Source: Lytechinus pictus (taxonomy: Eukaryota). Taken from it: a stretch of 64,000 nt of DNA. The position numbers were made by a program, and so were the translations under genes. The notes beneath the pieces were generated by a model. The model had not been told where the DNA came from. It saw only the letters and a list, made by a program, of their open reading frames with translations, and did no database searches. The stretch spans positions 2,792,001-2,856,000 of the forward strand of contig NC_087252.1 of the NCBI RefSeq assembly GCF_037042905.1, read 5' to 3'. Positions 23,154 through 35,207 of this stretch are shown piece by piece (position 1 is the first letter of the stretch; the number at the start of each line of letters is the position of its first letter).

Positions 23154-24532
23154 ATTAAACAAACCCTGTTTTATATCGTAGAACCTGCTCTGAAAGTAAT
23201 CGTTTTTCTCTTCGCCCTTTCCCTTCATGCTTGGCTGTAGACAGAATGGTGGTGGCCGTCTGTTTAGAGTTTTAAATATTTTTGGTCTAACTTTTTTTTT
23301 CCAATTTCTCCTCTGTACTTTGCGAGTGGATCTAAATAATCTGAAACTGACTGAAACATTCAGGAAAGATAAAAAACACACCAAAATATCAAATTAGGGT
23401 ATGTTGTATCCATATCCCTTTATGATGGCTCTCCTGATTCTCTTTCACCAATCCACTTCTTTCTTTCTTCTCTCTCCTCCCTCCCCCTTTCCTTTGGGGA
23501 GGGCCAAGGAGTCAGTATACAGAGTATAAATACAGTGAGCTGCGCTATAGCGCCTCGCTGTAGTTCCCGTATATGTATCACGCCAAGCTATACATGAAGG
23601 GAAAGGTGCATAAAAGAGCTACAATCCACATGAATAAAGATCAAACTCGGAACTCGGCCCTTGCCCATCTCTGGGATTCTCGTATCTCTTTTAGTCTTGG
23701 AGTACTTTCAGATTCATGACATAAGAGTCCGAAAGTAAGCCGTATTGGGCAATCCTTTGCTTCGTCATTCACGTCAGATAATCAACGTGTCTGAATCCTT
23801 TTTCACGCGTACGATACATTTATGGATATAGCTCAATATAGTATTCTTATCCTGTGTGTGCTATCGCAAATAGTGGATTATATCTGAAACTAATGCAGAG
23901 CGCAAGCATGTCGCTAGCCGCCTAGCATCGGCTCATTGAGCTTGCACGCACCGTTCGATGTTTGCTTTCTACTCAGCTACACACACAGAGTACTGCACTT
24001 TGTTGATACGGGGATTTCTTGATACTGCGCATGCGCCATGACGTATTTCATCAATATGCATGAGTCGTAATGAATATGCATGATTCGAACGGTGTTCTAA
24101 TATCAATTTATTTTTTAACCCGAGAGGGCGTCAATAAGAAAGTTCAACCTTATATCGATTAACCGATAATTGTTATAATATATGTTTCACCCCTCAATAT
24201 CATGAGAATATAAAAGTTATGCAAGTTTCTTTTCCGTGATAAAATAGAGCAATTATATAGGTATTTAATGAATGTAATAATTTCAAAATTGATTCATTGC
24301 CCTTGTCTGAGATCAACCAATCATACACTATACCTTTAAATGGAAATGTCATCCGATAATATGGTCCAGAATGCCGATTATTTAAAATTGATATTTTTCC
24401 ATGATTATTATCTCTTGAATAAATAATAGAACAAATCAGTTCTTAGAAAGTGACACTCGCTTTTAAAGTCCTTTTTTAACTTCACGTTGTGTTTGGTTAG
24501 TTTTTATCATGTTTATTAAAGACTATTTCATT

Positions 24533-24772
24533 CACTGCAAAAACACCAGTATTGATTTGACACCAGCGTATTTATATCGGAAAACACCAGGGAAGTGTTG
24601 AAACACCAGTTAAGAATCAAACTGATACTGGTTTAACACTGAGTATTAGTGTTATTTAAATGTCTATCTGATGTTAGCCTAAAGCCGAAGTGGTGTTATT
24701 GAAACAACTCTCTGGTGTTTTCCTATACAGATCCCAAGTTAGTATCAAAATAACACCGTAAATTTTGCAGTG
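24533..24772. mobile_element. 240-bp CACTA/EnSpm-like MITE, TT TSD
   Basis: TT|CACTGCAAAA...TTTTGCAGTG|TT. Confidence 0.85.
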
Positions 24773-25117
24773 TTTAACATGTTTCAAGAAGATATAAAAG
24801 TTAATTAACTTTTCATGAAGGATTTATCTCTTATAATAGGGAAAAAAATAATGTCATATCTTGAATCGTCGCAGCGTGCAGTGCCGGTACGGCCTTTCAC
24901 CAACGCTTTGGTGTGATGGCAAGAATGAACGTGAGCAATTAAAGATTTGGCAATTAAGAAATGGAGATCTCCCCCTGTGCCCACTAGACGTCATCTGAAT
25001 TCATCGAGAGATAAATTGTAGAGCATGGATACAATGAATGGGGTGCCACTTGCCAGATCATGGAAATCGTCCGACCGTAGACATGATAAGATGAACATGA
25101 CAATATGATCACCGGAT

Positions 25118-25168
25118 GAGTGATGATGATGATGATGATGATGATGATGGTGATGATGGTGATGATGG

Positions 25169-25200
<32 letters not shown>

Positions 25201-25398
25201 GTGATGATGATGGTGATGATGATGAAGGTGGTGATGATGATGGCAATGATGATGGTGATGATGATGAAGGTGGTGATGATGATGATGATGGTGATGATGA
25301 TGGTAATGATGATGATGATGATGATGATGATGAAAATGATGATGATGATAATGATGATAATGATGATGATGAGGATGGTGATGATGATGACGATGATG
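25118..25398. repeat. (GAT)n microsatellite, imperfect
   Basis: Direct reading. Confidence 0.99.
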
Positions 25399-28300
25399 TT
25401 TTGTGAAAGTAAGCGAACATAACTTTCTTATTTTACATCCGATTTTGATAAAATTTTCTGTATTATGCTTGGATTTTTCACTTTTTATTCAATCAACGTG
25501 TTTGTTGGGGTGGACTAGTTCTTTTACGAAAACCATGATTGCCCTTTCGGAACTGATCGCGAAAATTGTTTAACCATTCAAATTTTTTCTACGATCAATA
25601 CCATTGCCATGACTGATTTGATACGATCTGATAAGTTTACTACGATTACTCCACGATTAAGTACGCCGTTGGCCGTGGCGCACAAATTGTGACAGTGCGA
25701 ATTGCAATCCTGCATCGCCCGATGCACGACTTTCAAAACTTAAAAATGCAAAAGTTTCCTGATTTTTTTTTACATTCGATTTGATGAATATTTAAAATTA
25801 AGCTCAATCCATTTTTGTGGCGCGTTTTCATATTACAATAAGCTAAATAGAGTATGCGCGATTTAATAAATGTAAGATAAATCCAGGTTAGTGGTCGGTA
25901 GTAGTTTACAAGCTAAACATTGAATTTAGAATTGAACCTGACAAATTCAAATTTAAAGTCGAGAAATTTGATATCATGTGAAATTAACATTACGTTGGTA
26001 GTGTGAGCACCTATATCTTGCATAATTGTGGACTACGCATGATTACTAAATGTCTGCTTCATGCATGCATGTTTCCATGAATTCTCATTACAGATCATGA
26101 TTGCGCGAATGGCTCGAATGTCTTTCCAATTATTCACGATCCACGGGGGCGCACATATTCATAAATAAATGTTGCGTGACACAAGCATGAAAAAAAAGAA
26201 GATATGATCATCGACACTTCAATCATTCTCGGAAGACGTATGATTGGCATGAGCCAGGAGATCTTACCCCAGATACTACTCAAGATTAATAAGGAGATCA
26301 AAGGATATCATCTACTGGGAAAATTTTCATGTCAACTTGAATGACGTAGCTTCATTCCACATTGTATGAGATGATCAGACCCTCGGAAAAAAAAAATACA
26401 AGATGGAATTATAAAATATCACGAGAGCTAAAATTTCGATCTATTTGAAAATGAAAATTTAATTCGGTGACAAAGTTTGACATTCAAAAATATACTTTTC
26501 ACACAATTTGTCCCTTCCTTTTTTATTTTGAATTTATTTTTGTATATTTTGCTCGTTATGTTTTGATTGAATCCTCTTTTCATATGTATTTATCTTTATT
26601 TCATTTATTTTTTTTATCTTAATTTTAATTTTCTATTTTGTATTCATTTATTTATTCTATTAACTTTATTTATTTTATTATATTTTTAATATCATTATTA
26701 TTATGTTATTGTTTTTTATTTCATTTCATTTTTTTTTTTTTGGGGGGGGGGTCCAGTGATTAAGTGAAATGAAAGCAAACCAAACTCGAAATGACGCGGA
26801 CGCTCAAGTTGTCAACTCGTCGCACTCATTCGTATACCACGGAACAAATTGCAATTGGTTTGCACATGCATGACGTGGTATACTTTAATTTCTGAACGTA
26901 CATGTATGCACGCTCGAAATTCATTGTACCTTTCCCTTATCGTCATTTCTGATTCAATTTTGCTTGCATAGAATCATCATTTTCGTTTGAGATCATTTGC
27001 CTTACACTCTAAAAACACTTTAGTAAAATTTTACCCAATACTGGGCAGAAAGGGAACATGCACATTCGCTGGTTATTTCAACCAACATGCATGTTCCCAT
27101 TTTACCCAATATTGGGTAAACCTTTTTTTAGAGTGAATAAACACGGTCACGTCAATCATATTCAGTGAATCAGTGTAATTATTATTTTTATTTTTTTCCT
27201 TTGGGAGAGTGTTAATATCAAAAGCGTCGCAATATCAAATAATTAATAATACTAGGCATTTGCATATGGCAACCATTCTATTACTGGAACTTGCTTTATT
27301 TATATTAATATAGATAATAAACATTAAAAAGGAAAGGATAGTGACACGAGAAGAGCATAACTATGAGAGAAAAAAACTTTAAATTTTAGAGGATAGCGAA
27401 CTTTACAAAAACCATGCAGCATTATCAATATTACTGTAAACAACAGGCAACTTGAGTTTGGAAACCTGGAGAAAGAGAAATGAGGCAGTGAGGGCTTGTC
27501 CCTGTTATCAAAATGCCCCTCTCTATTATTTTTAAGTATAAAAGAACATTTCAGAAAATTCTTCCAAATTGAAATTGAACATAAATACGAGTTTTTACCA
27601 AATGGCCATGACTTAGGTGCAATTGAATTTAAATCAATGCACTTCTTAAAACACCCAGAATAAGGGGTCAATGACAGTGAATTGGCAAGATCGTTTTATC
27701 AATGATTTGTGCCCCCAAATCTATCCCAATATGTTGCCCATTGATAGCATGATACATTCCTTTCCCAATAAAACAAGAAAAATATCAAATGCGCCAGCAT
27801 GTTCGTAAAATATATATTGCTTATTGAATTATTGATTCATTGCATTCCCCATAAAATAAGATATGAAACTCGCCTGCATGCGTCGCCAAATTGGCTGCAT
27901 CGCATCGCCATTCGTTGATCTCCGTAAAACAAAAATGTATACCAGACCGTCCAGACGGCAGTTTCTATGTATGCATTTAATAATAATTAATACTACCGAT
28001 GTATAAAATTTCGTTCGCTCTCATTGTAAATGGACCTCAATTTGTTATGATAAAAAATCATTCTGCATGTATGCCCATATCGTTTCAAAACTCAGCGAGA
28101 TCGGTTCAGCAAAACAAAATATTCTTCGCTGAATGCAGTCATCTCCATTTCTATCCACTTATTTGATTCATTGCATTTCATCATTTTGTTCCCCTTATGA
28201 CATAAATGAATGAATTTATAGTCCTATATAAATGAATGACTGAACTCAATGCATAAGGAGATACTTATAATGAAATTTATTGACTTATTACAATCGGAAT

Positions 28301-28769
28301 ATGGATATTTAAAATTGTACTCAAACTTTCATTTACCAATACAATGAAACAATCGTATAATAGTACTGTAATAGTATAAATTCCACCGAGATTTTATCGA
28401 ATTTCCTGTACTTTTGTACCTTACATTAGAACATCTACCACTAAAACTGAGTAAATCGCATTTTGTTTATCATAAATTATACAAGAGGTTTTGGATGATA
28501 TAAATGTCATGGAGACAAATACCCGCCACCAACATGACCTATGGGCGGGCCGCGCAATAATATGATACCGCAGGATAGGCCTGCCTGCACGTCTTCAAGC
28601 AAGGAGGATGAAAAATGATCTCCCAGATTTATGTACTACCGATTCCTCAAATCCTTTTCGTCTGTCCCAAATCTTCTAAAAGGTAGTAAGTTTATTGTGA
28701 AGTCGATGACTGAGGGGTATACAGATTCATGCCAATCTCATCACGATCATACTAATAATTAATAAATAA

Positions 28770-29265
28770 TACCACCATCAGCATCACCGCACCATAAACA
28801 TCACCCCATTACATTGTCTTCGACGTCACTGTCCGCGTCGTCCACTCCTGTGTATCGCACCGAATGAACGACATCACAACCAATAACACATTTTACAATA
28901 GAATATCGTCAAGGCCTGCGTCATCTTCGTCATCAGCATTATCACCATCGCCGAAGACGTGGTCATCATCATTGTCTTCAGGTTCATCATGACTGTTATC
29001 ATTGTATCATCATTCGTCATCACCGCCATCACCATCATCACTACATCGGCATGAGCATTACTATCACATAACCATCATCGTCTTCATCATCACCATCTCA
29101 TCATAATCATAATCATATTCATCATCGTTACCACCACCACCATATCATCATCATTTACATCACCATCAGCATCATCATCATCGTCGTCCTCACCATCAGT
29201 GTCATCACCGTCGTCATCATCATTATCAACACCATCATCATCATCATCATCATCGTCATCGTCGT
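28770..29265. repeat. Degenerate (CAT)n microsatellite
   Basis: CAT/CAC/CGT triplet tract. Confidence 0.9.
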
Positions 29266-32200
29266 AACATAAACCTTCTGCGGATTGTAATCACCCACCA
29301 GACCACCACCACTATTACCACCACCACTGACCTCTCTCCATTTATAAGTGACCTATAGGGTTACAATTCGTAATTATGATCGAATTACCAGCTGAATCGT
29401 TGTCTATAATGCTGAATTCTGGACAAGTTACAGGCTCTCTTTACTTCCTACATGAAACAGCGACCAGACATTAAAAACTCTGAAGTCAGGCAAGATGGAT
29501 ATATATGGGTACGATAAATTGAATGCAGAGAAAAGTGCCCTGAATACGTGAAGTTTTTACAAATAATGCTATTTTTTCAGTCATTATATAGAACGATGAG
29601 TCATTCATGTTATTCTTTTTCATTTAATTTACTTATTTTGTTCCTGGTGAAATTTCCAATTTAATAGGCCACCACTGTAAAAATGTCTGTATGATTTACG
29701 AAAACATGTATGTATAATTGGTGCGAATCGTGCGACAATCCAAAATTGTACAATAGATATGAATTACAACTTACATGAAGGATCGAATTTCAATGCAAAT
29801 TTACATGTCATATTTCATCACCCATTTACTCTGTCCCCCCCCCCCCCCCTCTCCCTCTCTCTATATAATCTCACTCACTGGTTGTGTTTCAATCCAGTCC
29901 TTCCTCCCCCTTCTTTTCCTTCTCATTTTCCAACTATTTTGTGAACATTTGTCCACCTTCTATCCATGCTAATACCCTTTACCCTGCCCTTCCCCCTTAT
30001 GAGTGTTGTTCCAACCTTTTCTGCCAGTCTGTGTTATAATTATCTTTTCAAAATCACATTCATAACCCATTATATTCTGTCCTTATATACCCATGGACCT
30101 ACCCCACTCTCTGATCTCACAATCCATATTGCTTCCGATCTATGTATTAATTTGGTATGAACTTTGTTGAAGTAAACTACTAAGTGTTGACGTCAAATGC
30201 ATTTTATTTCTGCAAATCTTCAGGCAAGGAAAAGGAGAAAACAAGCTGGACATTTTTATAGGTAGCCGGATCTAGCACAAAAAATTATTTTACTTCTATT
30301 CTTCGGGCAATGGTTCAGTCTCGGTTCTCATTTCCTTCACCTTTTGTAGGCCTTGAGGCTTCCAAATATTTATGGATGTAGGACTATGAATAAGCGTTAG
30401 TACACATACATTTGGGATAAAAATGTTTTATTTCAATCAGAGTGCAATCTATTCAATCACTCATTTTAAACACTGCAAAGACCTTGGAGATTGAGGTTTC
30501 CACGCAAAAACGGTAATCTATGGCAAAAAATATGTAGGAACTAATTTCAGATTGGGTTAGGTGCAATCTCAATAATAGTTTCTCGTTATTGAATTGCATA
30601 TTTTAATTGAATTTGAATACTAAACCCAATAAAGAATCTGATAAATGAAAAAAAATGTCATCAGATAAAATTCAAATGAAATAAATGGAAAAAATAACCC
30701 ATGTCAGCCAATAAAACAGAAAAAGAGAATGGACAACATACATTTCGTTCGTGAATACATAGACCATTTATTTATTAAATGGAAGAAAACATATTTGTTA
30801 TCGTCATTATCCGTACCCTATAAATTTCACATACCTTTCTGTGTAACAATCCACAAGCTTTGGCGGGAAAATCCGAGAGATCTGGTTATCCGATGTTACT
30901 AATCGTCTGCGCGACCCTGCGTATCACCAAAATAGCCTGAGAGGAAATAAAATGCAGAAGAAAACAACCGAATTAGCCGATATATCGAATGCATCATGAA
31001 GAAATGTTTATCGGAAAGCAAGAGGACATAGGGGTATCAGACATGCAGATTGATATTCAATCTTGACAAGAGGGAACTAACTTTTTATTTTTACGATGCA
31101 TAGTTTTGAAAAAAGCAAATACATTTGTACGGACACTGAGTTATGCCATGGAGCTATACTAACGAAGGCAAACGCACCGAAAAGGCGAACGCACCGCGGA
31201 TCGAACTTTAACGTTTCCAATTCCAAACAAGTACCATATACCACTCAACCCCGGTAACTCAAGGGTCGTCATACACGATATACATGTAAATATATGGGGT
31301 CCATTTCATAAATATTGTTTAAAAAAGGTCAAGTTATAGGCTTTCAATTCATATTCAAGTACAGAGCAATGTTTTTTTTTCCGGCTTTTTGCCGGGACCC
31401 CAAAACCCTCCTTTACCATAGAAGGGTATTCAAGGCTTAATAAATTTTTTTTCTTCTAGAATTTCACACAAAATAAATTCCAGAAAAAGACGAGCGATTA
31501 CAGATAATAAAACGGGTTCACACGACGAGTAATCAATTAATTATAAGTGGAAAAAACTAGGATATGTATTTAAGAAATCGTTCAATCATAATCATGAAGA
31601 CACTGCTTGACAGACTAGGATATATAAAGGCCTAAAAAGGAAAAAATACGCAGTTTACTGCATATTACAGAGGAGCATTAAAAACCAATTCGTCATCACT
31701 CTGTTCGTTAATAAATTTATCTCTTCCTAGTATAAAATTACCACGAATTGTCTTATTATTGCCAAAATATTCCAAAATGAGATCAATATAAAATGCAAAC
31801 AAATCAAACTTTAAGCAATTATGTTTTAAATTGAATTCATATCATAAAATGGACTGCAAATGTTCGAGGTTATTTTCAAATTGTTGAAGCCTTTTCCCTT
31901 CATAGATCATTTAATCCATCGACAAAATATAATGTTACCCCTTTCTTTTTGTTCCTAAATAAATATACATTGATTATAGATTTTCATTTAATCATATACG
32001 CCGTCTCTCGTATGATTCAATTAATAATTCGAAAAATCGCCGTGCTGTATTCAAAACCTGCGTCATTTTCCGGTCATATTTCCAGACAGCCTCTGGCTAT
32101 TTACTCGGGTCCTTTTCATTTTTCTGAGCAAGATTTGAGCCCCGAAAATATGCTTGGAGTTGTGGCAGGATCAATACATTTGCATTATAAATGGGACGTT

Positions 32201-34239
32201 CCACCGAAGGCGTATTACGTGAACATAAACCTGGTCCTGATAGTGGGAGGAAAAAAGGAGATGAATTTCTCTTGTATGGGGTATTTTCATATTTGACTTG
32301 AAGAGATGAAAGATTATTAAATCACGCCACTTAATTAAGTCAAGGGGGCGTTTAAAGAAGGTTAATAACTGAGAGGGGATTGATTGTTTTTTTTTTCTTT
32401 TTTAATATTCATCGAAGCATCGCTTTTATTTCAGGTTGCTGTTGCGATGCTGACGTTGTCTGTCGTAGTATAGTAACACAACACCAAGTTTTTAACACCG
32501 AACTTGAAATGGTCCCATGCCATTTGCTCCGACGACAATTGCTCTGACAGAAAATATGCACGTTAAGCCGAGCATAAAATCTACCCTCCAAAGCTGAATA
32601 AATTCTCATCCTCACCTTTACATTAGCCTGAACCCCAAACTCTAACCCTACATGCCCCATGTGCCCTTTGAGATAAGACCAGAGCAAATGTCGCACCAGC
32701 AAAATGTCGTGTCACCCTTGATGTAACCCAAGTTACGCCTCTTCCCATCGTTCGTCATCATTGTCATGTTCATCTTGTGTAGTACAACAGGCAATGAAGT
32801 TTCGCACCAGCAAACAGTAGTCTTTGCATCGTCGACGACCTTGCTATGTTCTGAATATTTCAAAGCTATGCACTTTTATGATGTTCATAATTGCATCGTT
32901 CTATAACTTCTATTCACCCCATCCTCTAACAACGTTCGCGGCTATACTGAAAATATTTCAACAAGGTCTTTCCTTTGACGAGTGCCCATCGAGGGGCGTC
33001 TGGTAATGCCATTGGCCTCGGCCAGTGGTTTCTCTGCAGAGCAACGCTGATGAATAAAATAACACTTAATCATTATTTTCAGATTAACTAGCGATATATC
33101 ACCCTTGGTTGGGATGCGACAAGCCTGAACCATCCAGGCAATAAATCAAAAGATATTATTGAAGATATGAGACGAGATTTTGCCTGGTGTCACTATCGTT
33201 AAAGTTCATGAGTATTTATTTGCAGGGGCCAAGGAACGGGTTGGAAAGTAGTTGGGGGGGGGGGGCTAAGAAGAAGGGAAGGGTCATGCAAATACAATCA
33301 GACTGTCATTTTACGATTTTCTTACAAGTTCACATAAAAGTATAGCCATCCCCCCCCCCCCCGTCTAATTCACGGATGCATGGCGGGGATAATTATTTGG
33401 TTTTGCAACGAGTTCCGGGTTTTATCTTGTCTAAGATATATAGTGTCAGGGTTATGGTTGCAAAAGGGTTTTAAGTTAGGTTTAGGGTTAGGTTTATGAC
33501 TGGGTATGGAGTTAAATCCGGGGTTAAGTTGGTCATTCCATTGGTGTGTTGAGTTAAGAGCGGAGCAATTGTTGCGGGAGAAAATGTAATGGAATCTTAC
33601 AAATCATTTGCACCCCCTTCCCCACCACCCCCGTTAAATGGTCCAACGCCATCCAGTCCATAGCCAAACCTATTTTTATTGTCAAAGTATCCAAATATTT
33701 ACGACGTCAAAACCAACTATCTGTTCCCGTATGAAAATAAAAAACCCGAAAGTTTGCACAGAGAAGTCAAACACGTCATCAATTATAATTATTTCTTTGT
33801 TGTGTCGTTGCAATTCAATCACCAGTTTTAGCTCAAAGAACGTCAGATATAAATGGAATTCCCAATTCCCGATGCCGATGGCATTGCTAGATCTCTCTCC
33901 ATTTAATAGAAAAATGTAAATAGGCAATCAATTTTCTTTTGAATTAGAGCGGCGCTCATATCAATGCGATTACTGCATCGACCATTGGGAAATGATCTAT
34001 TTTTCTAGTTTATTCACCAGTCATGAGTCATCATGGCCATTTCGATGTCGTGGGTTCGAATCCCAATGCTATTATCATCATAGAGGGGGGAAAAGATATT
34101 AACGTGCATTTCACCACCTCTATCCTAACATATATCGGATTTGGAAATAAAATTCATTCTAGAATAGCATCGAATATTCATCGACTGCGGATATAAAGTT
34201 ATATTTTAAAGCTTTGATTGGATTTATTTTCGATTCGTC

Positions 34240-34868
34240 TAATGCCAATTCGTCCAATTACCAACTCGTCATTAGGTCTTCCATCAGTCATGTCAGTTCG
34301 TCCACTATCCACATGGACTAATTGTCATTTCGTCCATTTACCATTTTGTCTAATAACCAGTTGGTCCAATAGCCATTTAGTCCATACGCCATTTGATCTA
34401 AGTGGACAATGTGTGAATTGGTCTAATTAAATAAAAACAAAATGAATATTAGACCAACTGGTTATGAGACAAACTGGTGATTAGACGAAGTGACGATTGA
34501 ACCAAATGGTTAGTGGACCAAATGGTTGGTAGATGAAATGTTGAAGGACTGAATGACATTAGACTATATGAAAGTAGACCATGTGGTGAGTGGACGAGTT
34601 GGCAGTAGACGAATTGGCACACAGCAAAAAATGTGGTGTTAACCGGTGAACATAGAGGACCACACCAGTTATTTTACACCGGTGTTGAATTGGTGGTGTT
34701 AGTTTTACACCTGTAGGTGTCATTACAACACCTTTGGTTGTATACATCTACACGCTTTGGTGTTATTTTTAATCTCTAGGGTGTAATTTTAACACCTCGG
34801 GGTGTGGTCCTCTATAAACACCAACTGGTGTCAGTTTTAACACCGCAGTTTTTACAGTGCAGATTACC
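34240..34868. mobile_element. Dispersed repeat of the CCAA../..TTGG patchwork family (relative at ~18950-19260), interrupted at its tip by the CACAG MITE
   Basis: Shares AACCAGTTGGTCCAATAGCCATT and AGACCATGTGGTGAGTG with 19029-19220. Its end GAATTGGCA|GATTACC is restored when 34620-34861 is removed. Confidence 0.7.
34620..34859. mobile_element. 240-bp CACTA/EnSpm-like MITE, CA TSD
   Basis: CA|CACAGCAAAAAATGTGGTGTTAA...TTAACACCGCAGTTTTTACAGTG|CA. Confidence 0.88.
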
Positions 34869-34872
34869 TTTG

Positions 34873-35207
34873 TTTTAATTCCGGCTTTTGAATTATGTGC
34901 CTATAAACATTCTGCATTTCATATAATAATAGTTTATGATACCCCGAAAAAATATATATATTTATAAAAAAGTAGTGTGTGACGTCATCGACCCCTCGTT
35001 TACTTACCACCTGTAATAATAATAACAACAGTAAACGAGGGGTCGATGACGTCACACAATACTTTTTTTGGGGGGGGGTATCATTATATGAAATGCAGAA
35101 TGTTTGAATTTATTGTTTCCAGATTGAATAATAAGGGAGCCTCCAAATTTGTTCATGATAGACTCCAACATAATTATAGGCATATAATTCAAAAGCCGGA
35201 ATTAAAA
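34873..35207. repeat. Foldback (long inverted repeat) element
   Basis: Nested arms TTTTAATTCCGGCTTTTGAATTAT, ACATTCTGCATTTCATATAAT and GTGTGACGTCATCGACCCCTCGTTTACT all recur as reverse complements around a ~20-nt loop near 35010-35028. Confidence 0.9.

Larger units (their letters stand above)
13600..24335. mobile_element. 10,736-bp non-autonomous DNA transposon, Kolobok-like (TTAA TSD, AG..CT ends)
   Basis: TTAA at 13596-13599 and 24336-24339. Single TTAA empty sites at 861-864 and 7238-7241. 21-bp imperfect TIR: AGGTAAATTGTGACATTGGTT vs revcomp AGGTATAGTGTATGATTGGTT (16/21). No intact transposase ORF. Confidence 0.88.
1..24861. repeat. Tandem segmental duplication, period ~6.37 kb, one GPCR per unit; last segment interrupted by a 10.7-kb insertion
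   Basis: Position 1 matches 6376 and 12737. The third segment matches up to 13599, resumes at 24340 and loses homology at ~24857-24861 (equivalent to 1372-1376 and 7749-7753, the unit junction). Confidence 0.97.

Noticed and set aside
13600..24335. piggyBac assignment for the TTAA insertion
   Set aside because: Termini are AG..CT rather than CC..GG.
25109..25422. Poly-Asp, poly-Met and poly-Ser ORFs
   Set aside because: Translation artefacts of the (GAT)n microsatellite.
27324..27671. 115-aa ORF as a retroelement or gene fragment
   Set aside because: No motif I can recognise; AT-rich chance ORF.
33445..33530. Interstitial telomere (GGTTAG-like)
   Set aside because: Only a few degenerate units, within a dispersed repeat also seen inverted at ~32520-32720.
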